64,000 bases of DNA from Mobula hypostoma. Its lineage: Eukaryota. A model generated the notes under the pieces. It saw only the letters and a program-made list of their open reading frames with translations, did no database searches and was not told the origin of the DNA. Of this stretch, positions 47,520 through 61,929 are shown piece by piece. The translations under genes were made by a program, and so were the position numbers. The stretch spans positions 103,170,001 to 103,234,000 of the forward strand of contig NC_086108.1 of assembly GCF_963921235.1 (NCBI RefSeq). The letters run 5' to 3'. The first letter of the stretch is position 1. Each line of letters begins with the position of its first letter.

Positions 47520-49805
47520 CACAGAACAGCACAGTGCAGGAACAAACCCTTCGGTCCACAAAGCTGTGCTGAACTAATTAAATTAGTCATCAAATGGCCA
47601 ACTAATCTCTTCTGCCTACACAATATCCATATGCTTCCCTTTCCTTCCATTCACATGCCTACCTGAACATTTCTCACAAGTCCCTAATGTACCTGGCTCT
47701 ACCACCACACCAGGGAGCATATTCCAGGCACTCACCACTCTGTGTAAAAACCTCTCATCACACCTTAAATACATGCCCTCTGATATTAGACATTTCAACT
47801 CTGGGAAAAAGATACTGTCTACTTTATCTATACTTCTAATAATCTTATAAGCTTCTTTCAGATCCCCCTTCAGCCTCAGCCTCTCCAGAGAAAACAACCC
47901 AAGCTTGTCCAACCTAAGCGGTAAAATGATCGGACAAAGTCAGCATGGATTTGTGAAAGGAAAATCATGTCTGACGAATCTCATAGAATTTTTTGAGGAT
48001 GTATCTAGTAGAGTGGATAGGGGAGAACCAGTGGATGTGGTATATTTGGATTTTCAAAAGGCTTTTGACAAGGTCCCACACAGGAGATTAGTGTGCAAAC
48101 TTAAAGCACACGGTATTGGCGGTAAGGTATTGATGTGGGTGGAGAATTGGTTGGCAGACAGGAAGCAAAGAGTGGGAATAAACAGGACCTTTTCAGAATG
48201 GCAGGCAGTGACTAGTGGGGTACCGCAAGGCTCAGTGCTGGGACCCCAGTTGTTTACAATATATATTAATGACTTAGATGAGGGAATTAAATGCAGCATC
48301 TCCAAGTTTGAGGATGACACGAAGCTGGGTGGCAGTGTTAGCAGTGAGGAGGATGCTAAGAGGATGCAGGGTGACTTGGATAGGTTGGGTGAGTGGGCAA
48401 ATTCATGGCAGATGCAATTTAATGTGGATAAATGTGAAGTTATCCACTTTGGTGGCAAAAATAGGAAAACAGATTATTATCTGAATGGTGGCCGATTAGG
48501 AAAAGGGGAGGTGCAACGAGACCTGGGTGTCATTATACACCAGTCATTGAAAGTGGGCATGCAGGTACAGCAGGCGGTGAAAAAGGCGAATGGTATGCTG
48601 GCATTTATAGCGAGAGGATTCGAGTACAGGAGCAGGGAGGTACTACTGCAGTTGTACAAGGCCTTGGTGAGACCACACCTGGAGTGTTGTGTGCAGTTTT
48701 GGTCCCCTAATCTGAGGAAAGACATCCTTGCCATAGTGGGAGTACAAAGAAGGTTCACCAGATTGATTCCTGGGATGGCAGGACTTTCACATGATGAAAG
48801 ACTGGATCGACTAGGCTTATACTCATTGGAATTTAGAAGATTGAGGGGGGATCTTATTGAAACATATAAAATCCTAAAGGGATTGGACAGGCTAGATGCA
48901 GGAAGATTGTTCCCGATGTTGAGGAAGTCCAGAACGAGGGGTCACAGTTTGAGGATAAAGGGGAAGCCTTTTAGGACCGAGATTAGGAAAAACTTCTTCA
49001 CACAGAGAGTGGTGAATCTGTGGAATTCTCTGCCACAGGAAACAGTTGAGGCCAGTTCATTGGCCGTATTTAAGAGGGACTTAGATATGGCCTTTGTGGC
49101 TAAAGGGATCGGGGGTATTGAGGGAAGGCTAGTACAGGGTTCTGAGTTGGATGATCAGCCATGATCGTACTGAATGGCGGTGCAGGCTCGAAGGGCCGAA
49201 TGGCCTACTTCTGCACCTATTTTCTATGTTTCTATGTTTCTCCCATTATAGCACGTGCCCTCAAATCAGGCAGCATCCTGGTAAACCTCTTCTGCACCCT
49301 CTCCAAAACCTCAACACCCATCTCATAATAGGGCGACCAGAACTGCAGACAGTACTCCTGATACAGCCTAGAGTTTTATAAAGCTGCAATGTACCTTCCT
49401 GTCACTCAAACTCAATGCTTTGACTAATAAAGCAAGAATGCCATACACCTTCTTAGCCGCCCTACATACACCCTACCAACCTGTGTAGCCACTTTCAGGG
49501 CACTATGAACTTGGACCCCAAAAGCTCTCTGCTCAATAACAATATAAATGGTTTTGCCTTTATCGGTGTAATGTTTTTATTTGACCTACCAAGATGCAAC
49601 GCTTAACATTTGTCCAGGTTAAACTCCATCTGCCATTTCTCTGCCCATGTCTGCAACTGATCTATATCACACCGTATTCTTTGCAGTGTTCTACACTATC
49701 CATAACACCATTAATCTTCATACCATCTGCAAACTTACTTACCCACCCATCAATATTTTTATCCAGGTCATTTATATACAACACAAACAACAGAAGTCCC
49801 AGCAC
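47520..49805 (-). mobile_element. Older CR1 fragment on the minus strand, interrupted by the 47916-49240 CR1
   Basis: ORF 47616-47912 (LGLFSLERLRLKGDLKEAYKI). The sequence resumes after 49240 with CR1 RT-derived DNA. Confidence 0.75.
47916..49240 (+). mobile_element. Young 5'-truncated CR1 LINE (ORF2 reverse transcriptase)
   Basis: Open ~415 aa frame with QHGFVKGKSCLTNLIEFFE, YLDFQKAFDKVPH, GVPQGSVLGP, KFEDDTKL and RKNFFTQRVVNLWNSLP. 3' tail (TTTCTATG)n ending near 49240. Confidence 0.93.
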
Positions 49806-49925
49806 AGATCAGAATCAGGTTTAATATCACTGGCAGATGTCATGAAATTCATTAACTTTATGGCAGCAGTACAATAAAATACATGATAAATATAGAGGAC
49901 AAAACTAAATTACGGTAAGTATATA

Positions 49926-50274
49926 CAGTTGCAAGAAAAGGTTTGTGACCCTTTGCAATTGCCTGATTTAAGGCAGGGCACCTCTACAACCCACACCTCT
50001 AATCTCATGTCAGTGACTGGAATACCTGACCCCAAATAGCTTTTATAGAAGGCATTACCCCAGAGGTTGACATACTTTTTGAAGCTAGACTGTGATGGTT
50101 TAAATGGTGCACTCAGTATTGACGAGAGGTAGAACAATTTTTTATGTTATTAGTTTAAGTAGATTGTGTTTGCCTATTATGGTGACTTCAATGAAGATCA
50201 GGTCACATTTTATGAGTATTTCATGCAGAAAAATAGGTAACTGCAAACAGTTCACAAACTTTTTCTTGCAACTG
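49926..50274. mobile_element. Tc1-type MITE
   Basis: TIRs CAGTTGCAAGAAAAGGTTTGTGA / TCACAAACTTTTTCTTGCAACTG, with TA on both sides (49924-49925, 50275-50276). Confidence 0.85.
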
Positions 50275-53200
50275 TACATCTACTAAATACGTTTGTAGTT
50301 AAGTTAAAATAAGTAGCACAAAAAAAAGAAACAAAAAATAGCAAGGTAGTAGTCATGGGTTTAATGTCCATTCATAAATTGGATGAAAAGGGGAAGAAGC
50401 TGCTCTTGAATCACTGAGTGTGTGCCTTCAGGCTTCTGAACCTGCTTCCCATAACAATGAGTCCTTAATGATGGATGCCGCCTTCCTAAATCACTGCTTC
50501 TTGAAGATGCCTTAGATACAACGGAGGCTAGTACACTTGATGGAGCTGATTAATTTTCCTACTTCGATCTTGTGCAATAGCCACACTGTGTCCACCCCCC
50601 ACCACCATACCAGACAGTGATGCAGCCAGTCAGAATGTTCTTCACAGTACATCTGTAGAAATGTTCAAGTGCTTTCATTGACAAACCAAATCTCCTCAAA
50701 AACCAAATGAAATATAGCTGCTCTCTTGCCATATTTATAGCTGCAGCAATATGTTGCATCCAGGTTAGGTCCTCAAAAATATTGTCACCCAGGAAATGAT
50801 TCCTGCAGAATATCACTAATCACAGACCTCCAGCTAAAATAAATCCCTTCAACCACCACCCTCTGTCTTCTATGGGCAAGCCAGGTCTGAATCCAAATGG
50901 CCAATTCAATATTGGCTGATGTATCTTAATCATGCATCTTTGAGAGATCCATGTTGGCAACATTCACAGCTCTACCTACATCAATCATCTTTGTAATGCC
51001 ATTAAAAAAAACTCAACCGAGTTAGTAAGACATGACTTGCCCTGCACAAAACCATGCTGACGTTCCCTAATTCAGCCATATTTGTCACATGTATATTGAA
51101 ACATACAGAGAAATGTGTTCTTTGCATTAACAACCAATACGGTCCAATAACGTGCTGGAGACAAGTGTTGCCATGCTTCCAGAGCCAGCATAGTATATCC
51201 CTTATCAACAGTACTTTAGATTATGCAGTCACTGTTACTTTGCCAATTGTGGGACCTTGTTGCATGCAAGTTGATTCCTACATTATAACAATGAGTATAT
51301 TTCTGGCTCTAATGTACACTGACAGCTGTGCTGACACTGTAAAGAGTGTGACATAATTGTAAGACCTTACAATCAATTTTACCCAATCTCACAGTCACAC
51401 ACGCAAAAAGTCAAATAGGCCTTTTCTATCCATTTCCCACGACGTCTACACCAAACTGTATCAAACTGCTTTACAAAGTACAAGAGCTGCACTAGGGTTT
51501 GAACTTGAAAGACACTTCTATGAACCTTCGTTAAGGATCGTCACCTTACCGTGGTTGAGAGGCTGGTACGTTCCTGAGATCCCAAGAGCAATACCGTCCG
51601 GAGCTTAGCTCCTGGTAGGGTCACCCATGGAGTTAAGGTCACACAGACAAAGAGGAATCCAACCAAGACCTCAACAGTGGAGTTTGCAGAAGATGATAAC
51701 ACATCACAACGAGAAAGAAGGCACAGGAAGGATGCAGCAGAATACCATTGTCAACTCGAGTGATCACACTACTACTAGGATTCTTTAGTCACCTGAACTA
51801 ATGTGGCTCGAGTGGGGGGTGGGGGTTTGATGCTGTTGCTGCTGCTTGTTTGGAGGGTGAGAAGAGGGGAGCTTCAGGGGCTACAATGGTCTATCACTCA
51901 TTCTATGGAGTCTCTTGGTTCGAGGATGTCTGAAGAGTATGAATTTCAGATTGTATACTGTAAGCAATCTCTGATGTTAAGGGAGCCGAATTAAAAGAAA
52001 GGAACTGAAATGTTGCAACCCTGGCTCCATAAAATAGAGCATGCACCATTTCAATTTGATCATGAAATTAATGAAATCTATGACCGAGTCTGCAGCCTTA
52101 TTAACACTGCAATCGAAATCAGCTAATTAAACCAAGGGTTCATTTAATAACTTTAATTCACAGTCTATATTGTCAATTCATTAAGTTTTGAAAATGACCT
52201 ATTATAATGAATACTTCTCAAGGAATTTAAAGACATGACCCTTACAATGATAGCCATGGATTTTGCTGGCATGGGTCTACTATCCACAATCACTTCTTCA
52301 CTGCTATATCATACAAGTTACCTAGGCAGGATGTTGGGCATCATCCCTGCTGGCCAGAAATGCCATGGACTCCTGCAGTGCACTGAAAAACCCCCATCCC
52401 AAATTCAGCAGCTGTCAAATCTGAGAGAGTTTGTAACAGAAACAGAAACGCTTGACTGGAAACTCTCAACAAGTCAGGCAGCCTCCGCAGAAACAGAAAC
52501 CTTATTATCATTTCAGACAGAAGGTCCCACATCAAGATTGTTTCTTTCCTCAGATGCGGCCTGACCTGCTGAGATCTTCCAGCATCTTCTGATTTTACTT
52601 CAGAATTCCAGGGCCTGCAGTTTTTAGTCCCCAATTTGCTTTTATTCTAAGAAGACAAACTTGAAGGTCTGACATGCAGGAATTTCTAACTATTAAGAAC
52701 TAAGTGTTTAAAATGTTTAAATTATAGCAAATAAGCTTAAAATATATAAGCAATCAAAGCCATAGGAGAAAATCTGTGAGGCAGCAAGGTACAGTGGTGC
52801 TGGTCAATGGGACTAGGCGGATTATTAGTTTGGTACGGACTAGATGGGCTGAAGGGCCTATTTCTGTGCAGTAGTGTTCTATGACTCTAAGACTAGGCCA
52901 AATGGCATCCTCCTCATATTCCTATGTACATTATTGATCTGTTAACTACAAACGTTTGTACTAAAATGCACACAAATATCAGAAAAAGATGGAGTAGACC
53001 ACGCAGATCCAAAGAGAAAAAAGTATAAATTAGGAGGAGGAGTAGGCATCCAGCTCTTCAAGTCTACATATCAATTTGATAATATTGTAGCTGATCTTCC
53101 ATCTCCATTCCGTTATCCTGCACAATCACCATATCCCTTCATCTTTGCAGAGATCTGTACTTTAAATGGATTCAGTGACTTCACAGCTCTCTGGCATATA

Positions 53201-55945
53201 GAATTCCAAAGTTTCACTACTTCCTGCATGGATAAACTTCTCATTCCAGTCCTAAATGACCTGTATTCCTCATCTGCGACCATGAACACCCGGCTATAGA
53301 TACCTCAAATAAGGGTAACACCCTCCCTGTATCAACCCTGATAAGTCTGCTCTGTCATTCCAAAAGATCACACTGAACGTGTAGCTCAAATCTACCTGCC
53401 CACTCATTTCCACTTCCTCTGATCTATTTGATGTCCAAAAATCTAATAGTTCAGCCTCGAACATGCTCAGTGTCTAAGTATCCATAGCTCGAAATGTAGA
53501 GCACGCTGAAGATTTATAATCCAGTATTCAAAATTGCTCCTCACGCCAGACAAGGTAAACAAGATGACTCGGACTTTTATCATTGAGCAATTCTTACATT
53601 CTTCAAATATAACCAAAGAACCTTCCATCAGCACAACCAGGGAAGCACTTGTTACATGCGCACGGAGTAAGAACAACACAGCAGTAGGAGTCACTTAGCC
53701 ACGATACATTCTAAGCAACCTACAGTGTGGGACTGATGAACTGGTGCCACTGAAATGGAAACGTGCACACTCGAAAGCCCGCACAAACAGAGAGAGCCCT
53801 CTGTGTGTAGGAGGCCCATTCACCGCATGATCAATAGGTGCACTTGCCACGTCCTTGCATATGCACTTACAAAAACAAGATGGGTACAAACGCAAGAGAT
53901 TCCACTGAAGGAAATCTTGAGCAACACACACAAAATGCTGGAGGACCTCTGTAAGTCGAGCAACATTTATGGAGGGGAATAAACAGTTGATGGTTCAGGC
54001 CGAGATGCAATGGAGGGTTATTTAATAATCAAGGTTATTTGAATAACTCGAAGAAACACAACATTTCCAATGATCTGGAATAATTTCTGGAAAACATCAA
54101 CAGCATCAGATATTTGAATCATTATGCCAGAGTTGGGTCATCCAATTGCTGTCAGCAGCTGTGTTCCTCAGTGGAATTTACCATCATTTTCCTCTCCAGA
54201 CCTCTACTGGCTACCTCGTACTTCAGAACATAATTAAAAGTTTAGACCACACAGATCTTCAAGCATCTTCTGCTATTCTATTCAGTCAGATCAACCTGGT
54301 CCACTTTCTTATTTAAACCCTATAGCCATCAATCCCTTTAACATCCAAAAACCTGTCAAGGTCAGCCTTCAAACTAGTCAGTAGCATTCCAGAATGGAGA
54401 AATATCAAAGATTCGTACCACCCTGACTGAAGAACTTTTTCCCAATCTAAACGCAAAATAGCACTCCCTCATCTTAAGTTAAGGTCCTCTGGTTCAGGAG
54501 TCTCAGTAGCTAAAGTCAGATGTATCAGTATTACAGTGGAGTAAAGGGAATCACAGAGGCATTAGAGAAGAGTTGGCCAGAATTGATTGGAAAAGAACAC
54601 TGGCAGCGTTGATGGCAGAGCAGCAATGGCTGGAATTTCTGGAAGCAATACAGAAGGCACAGAATATGTACATCCCAGGCAAGAGGACACAATCGTGGCT
54701 AACAAGAGAAGTCAATGCCAACCAAAAGCCAACATATTAAGCACATAATAGAGCAAAAATTAATGGGAAATGAGAGGACAGGGAAGCTTTTAAAAACCAA
54801 CAGAAGGTAAATAAAAAAGTCATTAAGGTAAATCAGAATCAGGTTTATTATCATCGGCATGTGACGTGAAATTTGTTAACTTAGCAGCAGCAGTTCAATG
54901 CAATACATAATATAGAAGAAAAAATAAATAAGTAAATCAATTACAGAATATGTATATTGAAAGGATTAAAAATCATGCAAAAACAGAAACAATATATATT
55001 TAAAAACTGAGGTAATATTCACGGGTTCAATGTACATTTAGGAATCGAATGGCAGAGGGGAAGAAGCTATTCCTGAATCACTGTATCTCCTACCTGACGG
55101 TAACAGTGAGAAAAGGGCATGTCCTGGGTGCTGGGGGTCCTTAATAATGGACACTGGCTTTCTGAGACACTGCTCCTTGAAGATGTCCTGGGTACTTTTA
55201 TGTTTTCAAGTATCCAAGATGCGGCTAACTAAATTTATGACCCTCTGTAGCTTGAGGCCTAGTCCTCACTACAACCGAGGCCATGGTAGCTTCCCGCCAT
55301 CTGGCATGCCAACAAACAAGGGAAACAGGCCTGCAGCATCTTACATTATCAATGGCCAACATTGCGCATCAACTCTGTACCAGGCAGCAATACAGTGCAC
55401 ACCAAATCCAGCTATTCCAGCTCCTCCATCAACTCCCTGATGGGGTAGACCTGTAGTACCTGAAGTTAAGGCCCAGGATAGTCTTGCAATCGTAAAAACA
55501 ACACTTAAAAATGATAAAAACTCCTTTGGTTGGTCCCCAAGAGGCCACTGCATCTGAGTGTGCCGCCACCTGAACGGAAGATGCACAATGATCTGTACAG
55601 ACTCGATGGACCTAAAGGCTTGAGTCTGTCCTGTAAGACTAGGATTCTTCAACAAATCTTGAGAGGTAATTAACAACATTGTTTGTCATATGATGCCACA
55701 AAAAATTTTACAATGTCCAGAAGGTAAGATGGATCCTTGGTTCAGTGATTCAATTGAGAAGACAGCATCTCTCACACTGTGTAAATATACCACCCAAGTG
55801 CAAACTTGACTATGCGATCAAGACTCTGGTGTGGAAACAAAACCAACAAAATTCTAACAAACCCACAAACATGCAATCAACTAAATGATTACCAATATCT
55901 TCAAAGGCAAAACTCAATCAACTTTCCAGCGTTAAAGCTACTCAC

Positions 55946-56056
55946 CAAATCAATCATGCTGTTCTGGCTGGCTGGTCGAATATCTTCCAGAAACTCAAGG
56001 AGGTAGTATGTATACCTGTCCATCAGGTGGACCCCAATGGCAAGATCAGGCTGGTG
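55946..56056 (-). CDS. PIGK: PIGK coding exon (equivalent to exon 8), 111 bp
   Basis: Reads HQPDLAIGVHLMDRYTYYLLEFLEDIRPASQNSMIDL. TAG acceptor, GTGAGT donor; phase 0/0. Confidence 0.96.
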
Positions 56057-57167
56057 CTATTTAAAGATAGATACAAGGTTAAGGAATCTATAATAGAAAG
56101 GTGCAAGTTTTCTATCAGTATGACAGAATTAATCATCTTAGTCTCGCCCCAAACTGTTCTCTACTGAATACAACTGATGAATTCACCGGACTCTCTTAAT
56201 GGAAACAGCTGGAATCAGCTATAAATGATGCTATAAGACCATAATACATAGGAGCAGAATTAGGCCATTTGGCCCATCAAGCCAACCCTGCCATTCTATC
56301 ATGGCTGATTTATTTTCCCTCTCAAACCCATGCTCCTGCCTTCTCCCCAAAACTGGTGGTGCCCTTACTTATCAGCCTCTGCCTGAAACATACCTAATGA
56401 CTTGGCCTCCACCTGTGGCAATGAATTCCAAATTTTTGCACCGTCTGATTAAATTGAAACCTTAAAAAATGTGAAAAAGACTTCGGAAAAGGTGGTGGCA
56501 TCTGATTTTATTAGAAAAGTTGAACAATGGGCTAACTTGGATAGATATCTTAGTAAGCATGGAATAGTTGGGCTAAAGGGCAGTTTCCATGCTATATAAC
56601 TCCATAATTACTTAAGACTAATGAACTTAAACTCATTATGGACAAAAGCTGCAGTATAGGGTTAAGCAGTGGCAGAATAGCTTGAATGGAATGCTTGAAT
56701 AACTGGAATAGAATAGGGCAAAGCATAGCGGCAAACACATTCAGCAACCACCAATCAGGGTTCAAGTTCCAGTGCTGTCTGTATGGAGTTAGTAAGTTCT
56801 CCCCATGACCATGTGGATCTCCTCCCACATTCCAAGGATGTACAGTTATGATTTGATTTAGTGTTCCATGGGCATGCCAGGTTGGCACTGGAAGCATGGC
56901 TACGCATGCAGGCTGCCCCAAGTACAATCCTCGGACTGCATTGCTGGTCATGCAAAATAACGCATTTCACCATACGTTTTGATTGTACTGGTGACAAATA
57001 AAGCTAATCTCATCTTAAAAAAACAGACCTCCTCCTGTGCACTAGGATTCTATGATGGTAAGAAATAGAAACATTCTTTTCACTCTATAAATTCTTGCTG
57101 TTTTTTTTTCTTTCTGTTTTTATCCCAGTTATCATCAATCATATAATTAACTGAGCTGAAAACTTAC

Positions 57168-57285
57168 CGAAAGAGAGTCTTCACCAACCTGGCTGCTGGC
57201 TAGAGCCATAATGTTGGGCGAATACAATTTTTCATACATAGAGGCCCCCTGGCAAGTGTCAATAATGAAAAGCAATTCGTGGTAC
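57168..57285 (-). CDS. PIGK: PIGK coding exon (equivalent to exon 7), 118 bp, catalytic Cys
   Basis: Reads (R)YHELLFIIDTCQGASMYEKLYSPNIMALASSQVGEDSLS, with the DTC catalytic motif. CAG acceptor and GTAAGT donor. Confidence 0.97.
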
Positions 57286-57694
57286 CTGGAGAAACAAATA
57301 TTCATCAGTCTTACTACAGAGCTGATGCCTTGCTTCAATTCACACAGCTAGAAACCTCCGCAGGCTCCCCTAGTTCCCAGACCATTGGAGCAGAAAAGAA
57401 AACAGCTAGCAGTTCTTACAGTGATGAAGATGCTTACACTTATAGCACCCTGCATGACCTCAAGATGTTCCCAAGCACTTTACAGCTTCAGAAGCGTGTT
57501 CACAGTACTGGATAGGAAACACAGCAGCAAAATTAACACGTGGTGAGCTCCAACAAAGTGCAATAGACCAGTAGGTTACTCCACATCCACCCGGGAGCTT
57601 TGACTTAACAGCCCAAAAGTACTTAACTCTTGGACAGAGGTCAGAAGAAATGTGTAGTGCCACAGACATCTCAGTACCTCTGACCTCCTGGTGG

Positions 57695-58350
57695 AGAAGT
57701 GTCTGCTGTGGAGACCTTCAGGTTTCTGGGTGTCACAATCTCCCAGGACCTGAAGTGGACACCCAACGCGGACACTCTTAACAAAAAGGCTCAGTAGAGG
57801 TTGTATTTCCTACGTCAACTCAGGAAGTACAACCTGCCTCAGGAGTTGCTGATTCAATTCTATTCAGGAATAAGCCAGTCTGTTCTCTGTTCGTCCATCA
57901 CTGTCTGGTTTGGATCAGCTACCAAACGAGACAAGAATAGACTCCAAAGAACCGTCAGGGCTGCGGAAAGGATTATTGGTGTGAAGCTGCCCTCGATCCA
58001 GGATTTATATGCATCTAGAGTCAGGAAGCGAGCAAGCAGCATCATTGTAGACCCATCACACCCTGGACATCACCTGTTCCAACTCCTTCCTTCTGGTAGG
58101 CACTTTAGATCACTGTATGCCAGGACAAATAACAAGAGCAGTTTCTTTCCGTATGCCATCAGTCTTATGAACACTTGAATTTTAGTCTATTATAAACCAA
58201 GTCCACCTGTACATACACAGGTATACCTCATTGTACATAGTTCACAATTATTTGCACTATTGTTTTGTTTGCTTTTTGATTCTGTACAGGGAAACCGGCA
58301 AATTCCCTGTCCACATACTTGGCGATAATAAAGGATTCTGATTCTGATTT
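57695..58350 (+). mobile_element. Rex1/Babar-like LINE 3' fragment
   Basis: ORF with YFLRQLRKYNLP…DPSHPGHHLFQLLPSGR…SFFPYAISLMN; AATAAA followed by a (CTGATT)n tail. Confidence 0.82.
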
Positions 58351-59378
58351 CACACACCTGAAAAGGATTACTTCGGACCATAAGATATAGCAGCAGAATT
58401 AGGCCATTTGGCCCATCAAGTAATTGTGCAAACACAAGCAAGCTTTTGCACTGAAGCTGGGTGAGACTATAACTAGAAGTCATGGGTTAAGGGTAAAAGG
58501 TGAAATCTTTAAGGGAATATGAGGGGAATCTTTTCATTCAGAGTGAGCGACCTGCCAGTGCAAGTGGTGGATGTGATTTAAATTTCAACATTCAAGAGAA
58601 ATTTGGACAGGTACATGGATGGGGACAGTATGGAGGGCCATGGTCCAGGTGCAGGTCAATGGAACTAGGCAGTTTAAATGGTTTGGCACAGACTGGATTG
58701 GTTGAGGGGCCTGTTTCTGTGCTGTAGACACTACCAGTCTGCTCCATCATTCCCTCATGACTGATTTATTTTCCCTGAGTTATATGTCCACAGATTCACC
58801 ACCCTCTGGCTAAAGAAAGTCCTCCTCATCTCTGTAGTAAAGGAACATCAGAATCAGGTTTACTATCATTGACACGTCGTGAGATTTGTTTTGAAGCAGC
58901 AGTACAGCACAATACATAAAACATACCATAAATTACAATATGAAAATATATAAAATATATGTAGTGCAAAAAATGGTGAGGATATCCTTTTATTCTGATG
59001 CTTTGTCCTCTGGTCCAAGAATCTCCCACTATAGGAAGCATTCTCTCCACATCCACTCTATCTAATCCTTTCAATATTCAGTAAGTTTCAATGAGATCCC
59101 TTCCATTCTTCTAAACTCCAGACTCCCACAAGTCAGACCCAGAGCAACAAACGGTCCTCATACATTAATCCTTTCACTCCCAGGATTATTCTCGTAAACC
59201 TCCTCTGGATCCTCTCCACTGTCAGCACTTCCTTCCTTAGAGACAGGAGCCAAAACTGTACCCAATACTCTAAATGTGGTCTGACCCTGTGGATAACCAG
59301 TGCCATTCAACCAGTGGGAGACCAAGTTAAATAACCCCCAGGCTACAGTGTCCTATCCATTAAGCAGTACTCTTTTAC

Positions 59379-59475
59379 CTTCTCTTCTGCCACATCTGTT
59401 CAAATGCATCTCCCAGCTCCACATTTGTAATTTCTTCAGAATCCTGGAATTTTAGGAATCCATTGCCACCATGCC
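59379..59475 (-). CDS. PIGK: PIGK coding exon (equivalent to exon 6), 97 bp, catalytic His
   Basis: Reads (G)HGGNGFLKFQDSEEITNVELGDAFEQMWQKR(R), containing the peptidase C13 GHG motif. AAG acceptor after a T-rich tract, GTAAAA donor; phase 1 to phase 2, matching its neighbours. Confidence 0.96.
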
Positions 59476-61929
59476 CTTCAAACAAAATGAAAATTCTGCA
59501 TGAAAAGATTGTTCTGCTCGTATCACTCCTCCCCAGGTTAGGGCAAGGTTCTGTTTTGTTCATAACGCAAACAGTTCACAAGTCAGAAATGCAGATGTGA
59601 TCCAAGTTCCCTGGCAGCAGAGGATGACTGCAGCCCCATAACAGCCTGCAAATCCATCCTGCTGGTCTTCTAAACTGAGAGAGTGGCAAGGGTGTCAAAG
59701 GTTACAGGGAGAAGGCATGAGAATGGGGTTAGCCATGATGGACTGCTGGGGCAGACTTGATAGGCTAAGTGGCCCAATTCCACTCCTACATCATTATGGT
59801 CAAACAGTCGACATATGAATGGGTAGTACATAAAAGGTTCGTAACTTAGGAAGTAAATGTTAAAATAATTATTGTTTCAGGACTGATGACGAGTCTCAGT
59901 CTGAAAAGTCAACTGTTTACTCTTTTCTATAGGAGCTACCTGGCGTGCTGAGTTCCTCCAGCATTTTGCATGTGTTGCCTTTTATGTATATTGTGTTTTT
60001 GATATCCCAGATACTGGAGTTGTGCTCAAGTTCAAAAGTGTAACTCAACCACTGACCTACCCAACCTAGGGGCATTTTCAAAAAAGCTTAATGAAAAGAC
60101 CTGCAGGAGCACTGTAATTGATCGAGAACAGAGGATGATTTGATAATAGTAAACAAATCATTTAGACTTGGACAAAGTACTGAGTTAGACTGGCATGGAA
60201 CAGCCCAATCCATCCTAGGTATTTATCAAAACATTTTAACACACACACACAGCCTGAATTTGGCACATTTAGTTGAGTCCAATCAGGTACCACTTAGGAC
60301 ATTTCAAAAGGTATTTCACATCAACTGCAGATCGCTGGGCCATTAGTTTGAGCAGTTGAACACTGCTGCTGAACAATGTTATAAAAGGCTTGCATTTTCA
60401 TACCTCCATATAGAATACTTCAAAACACTTTACAATCACAGAGGTACTTAGTGAACTGCAGTCATCATTGATACAGTTGTTGGTGGTAATGGGGACAAGC
60501 TCCCACTGCCCATTAAATGCTCCCAATGCTCTGTGTCTCAAATAGCTTCTGACACCCAAGTCCAGCTCCTGGCCTTCATGTGTGGCTTAGCTACTAAGCC
60601 CAGCAGAACCATTTCTACTGACAGGAGAAGGGGCAAAGGCAGGTTACGGGCACCTTAATACCAGTCCCTTCCGGCAGATGGGGCTCATCAGCCGTGGTTG
60701 ACAGCTTATTTAGGAGAAGGAAAACTCTGATCTCGAAGCTCCACTAGCTTATGGCTATACCCACTCATGGGGAAGGTTTTGGGAGGAAACCCGGAGACAG
60801 AATCTGGAGCTGGAGTCTCTAAGGCAGTCCTATGTCGAGTTCAATGCTGACTGGCAACTCCAGCAACACTGCTGTCTAAGTCTCTGCCACTCCTTTAAGT
60901 TCTTCAGATGCGTGGAGAGGGGGGAGCTTTCTACATGGGCAACAGCTTGCTCTCCAGCCTTGCGTACCTAGACAGCTAGGATGCAACATCCATAGTCGAC
61001 TCAAGTAGGAAACAAAACAGCCAATTTAGACACAGCTAATTTGAACAGACTTACAAGATACACGTTATACTATCAGTAATCTGTCTGCAGGATAATTATT
61101 GGCCAGGACTTCAGGGGGACATTGTGATTCAAGTTCTAAATAGTGTCATAGGCTCTTAAAAGATAAAGATTAGCTTTATTTGTCACATGTATATCAAAAC
61201 TGCCGCAAAGTTAACAAATTTCACGACATATGCTGGTGACATTAAACCTGATTCTGAAAGAAAAACATCAAAATATACTGTGAAATGTGCCATTTGTGCC
61301 AAGGATGTGCTGGACACAACTCACAAGTGTTGCATGCCTTCAGTGCCAACAAAGCATGCCCACAACTTATGAGTCCTAACCTGTACGTCTTTGGAACGTG
61401 CGAGGAAACCAGAGCACCCAGAGGAAACATACACGGTCACAGGGAGAATATACGAACTCCTTACAGTGGTGAGAACTGAAACCTGGTCTTACAGCTTGCA
61501 CTGTAAAGCGTCACACTATTACACCACTATGCCATTCAAACAGTGACAAGGAAAAATATTGCTAAGTCACAAACGGGTAACTATTTAGCAATACTTCTAG
61601 GTGATGATATTCCTGCGCTGCTCAACACTCACAAAATGCTGAAGGAACTAAGCAAGTCAGGCAGCATCTAGAGAGAGGTATGAACTTCAATCAACACTGT
61701 TGAAAGGTTTAATTCTCCTCTGTAGACACTGCCTGACCTGCCAAATTCCTCCCGCATTTTGTGAGTGTTGAGCATCATTAAAATTCTGTGGTCGTCATTG
61801 AGCAAGGTCAGTTAATGAGTCCTATTAAGTTAGCTGCACATACAAGTATAGCAGCTGCTTATTAGAAGTCTTGAAAGAAGAGTATCCTGAAACCAGCAAC
61901 TAAACTGACAAACCCTGGATCTGAGTTAA

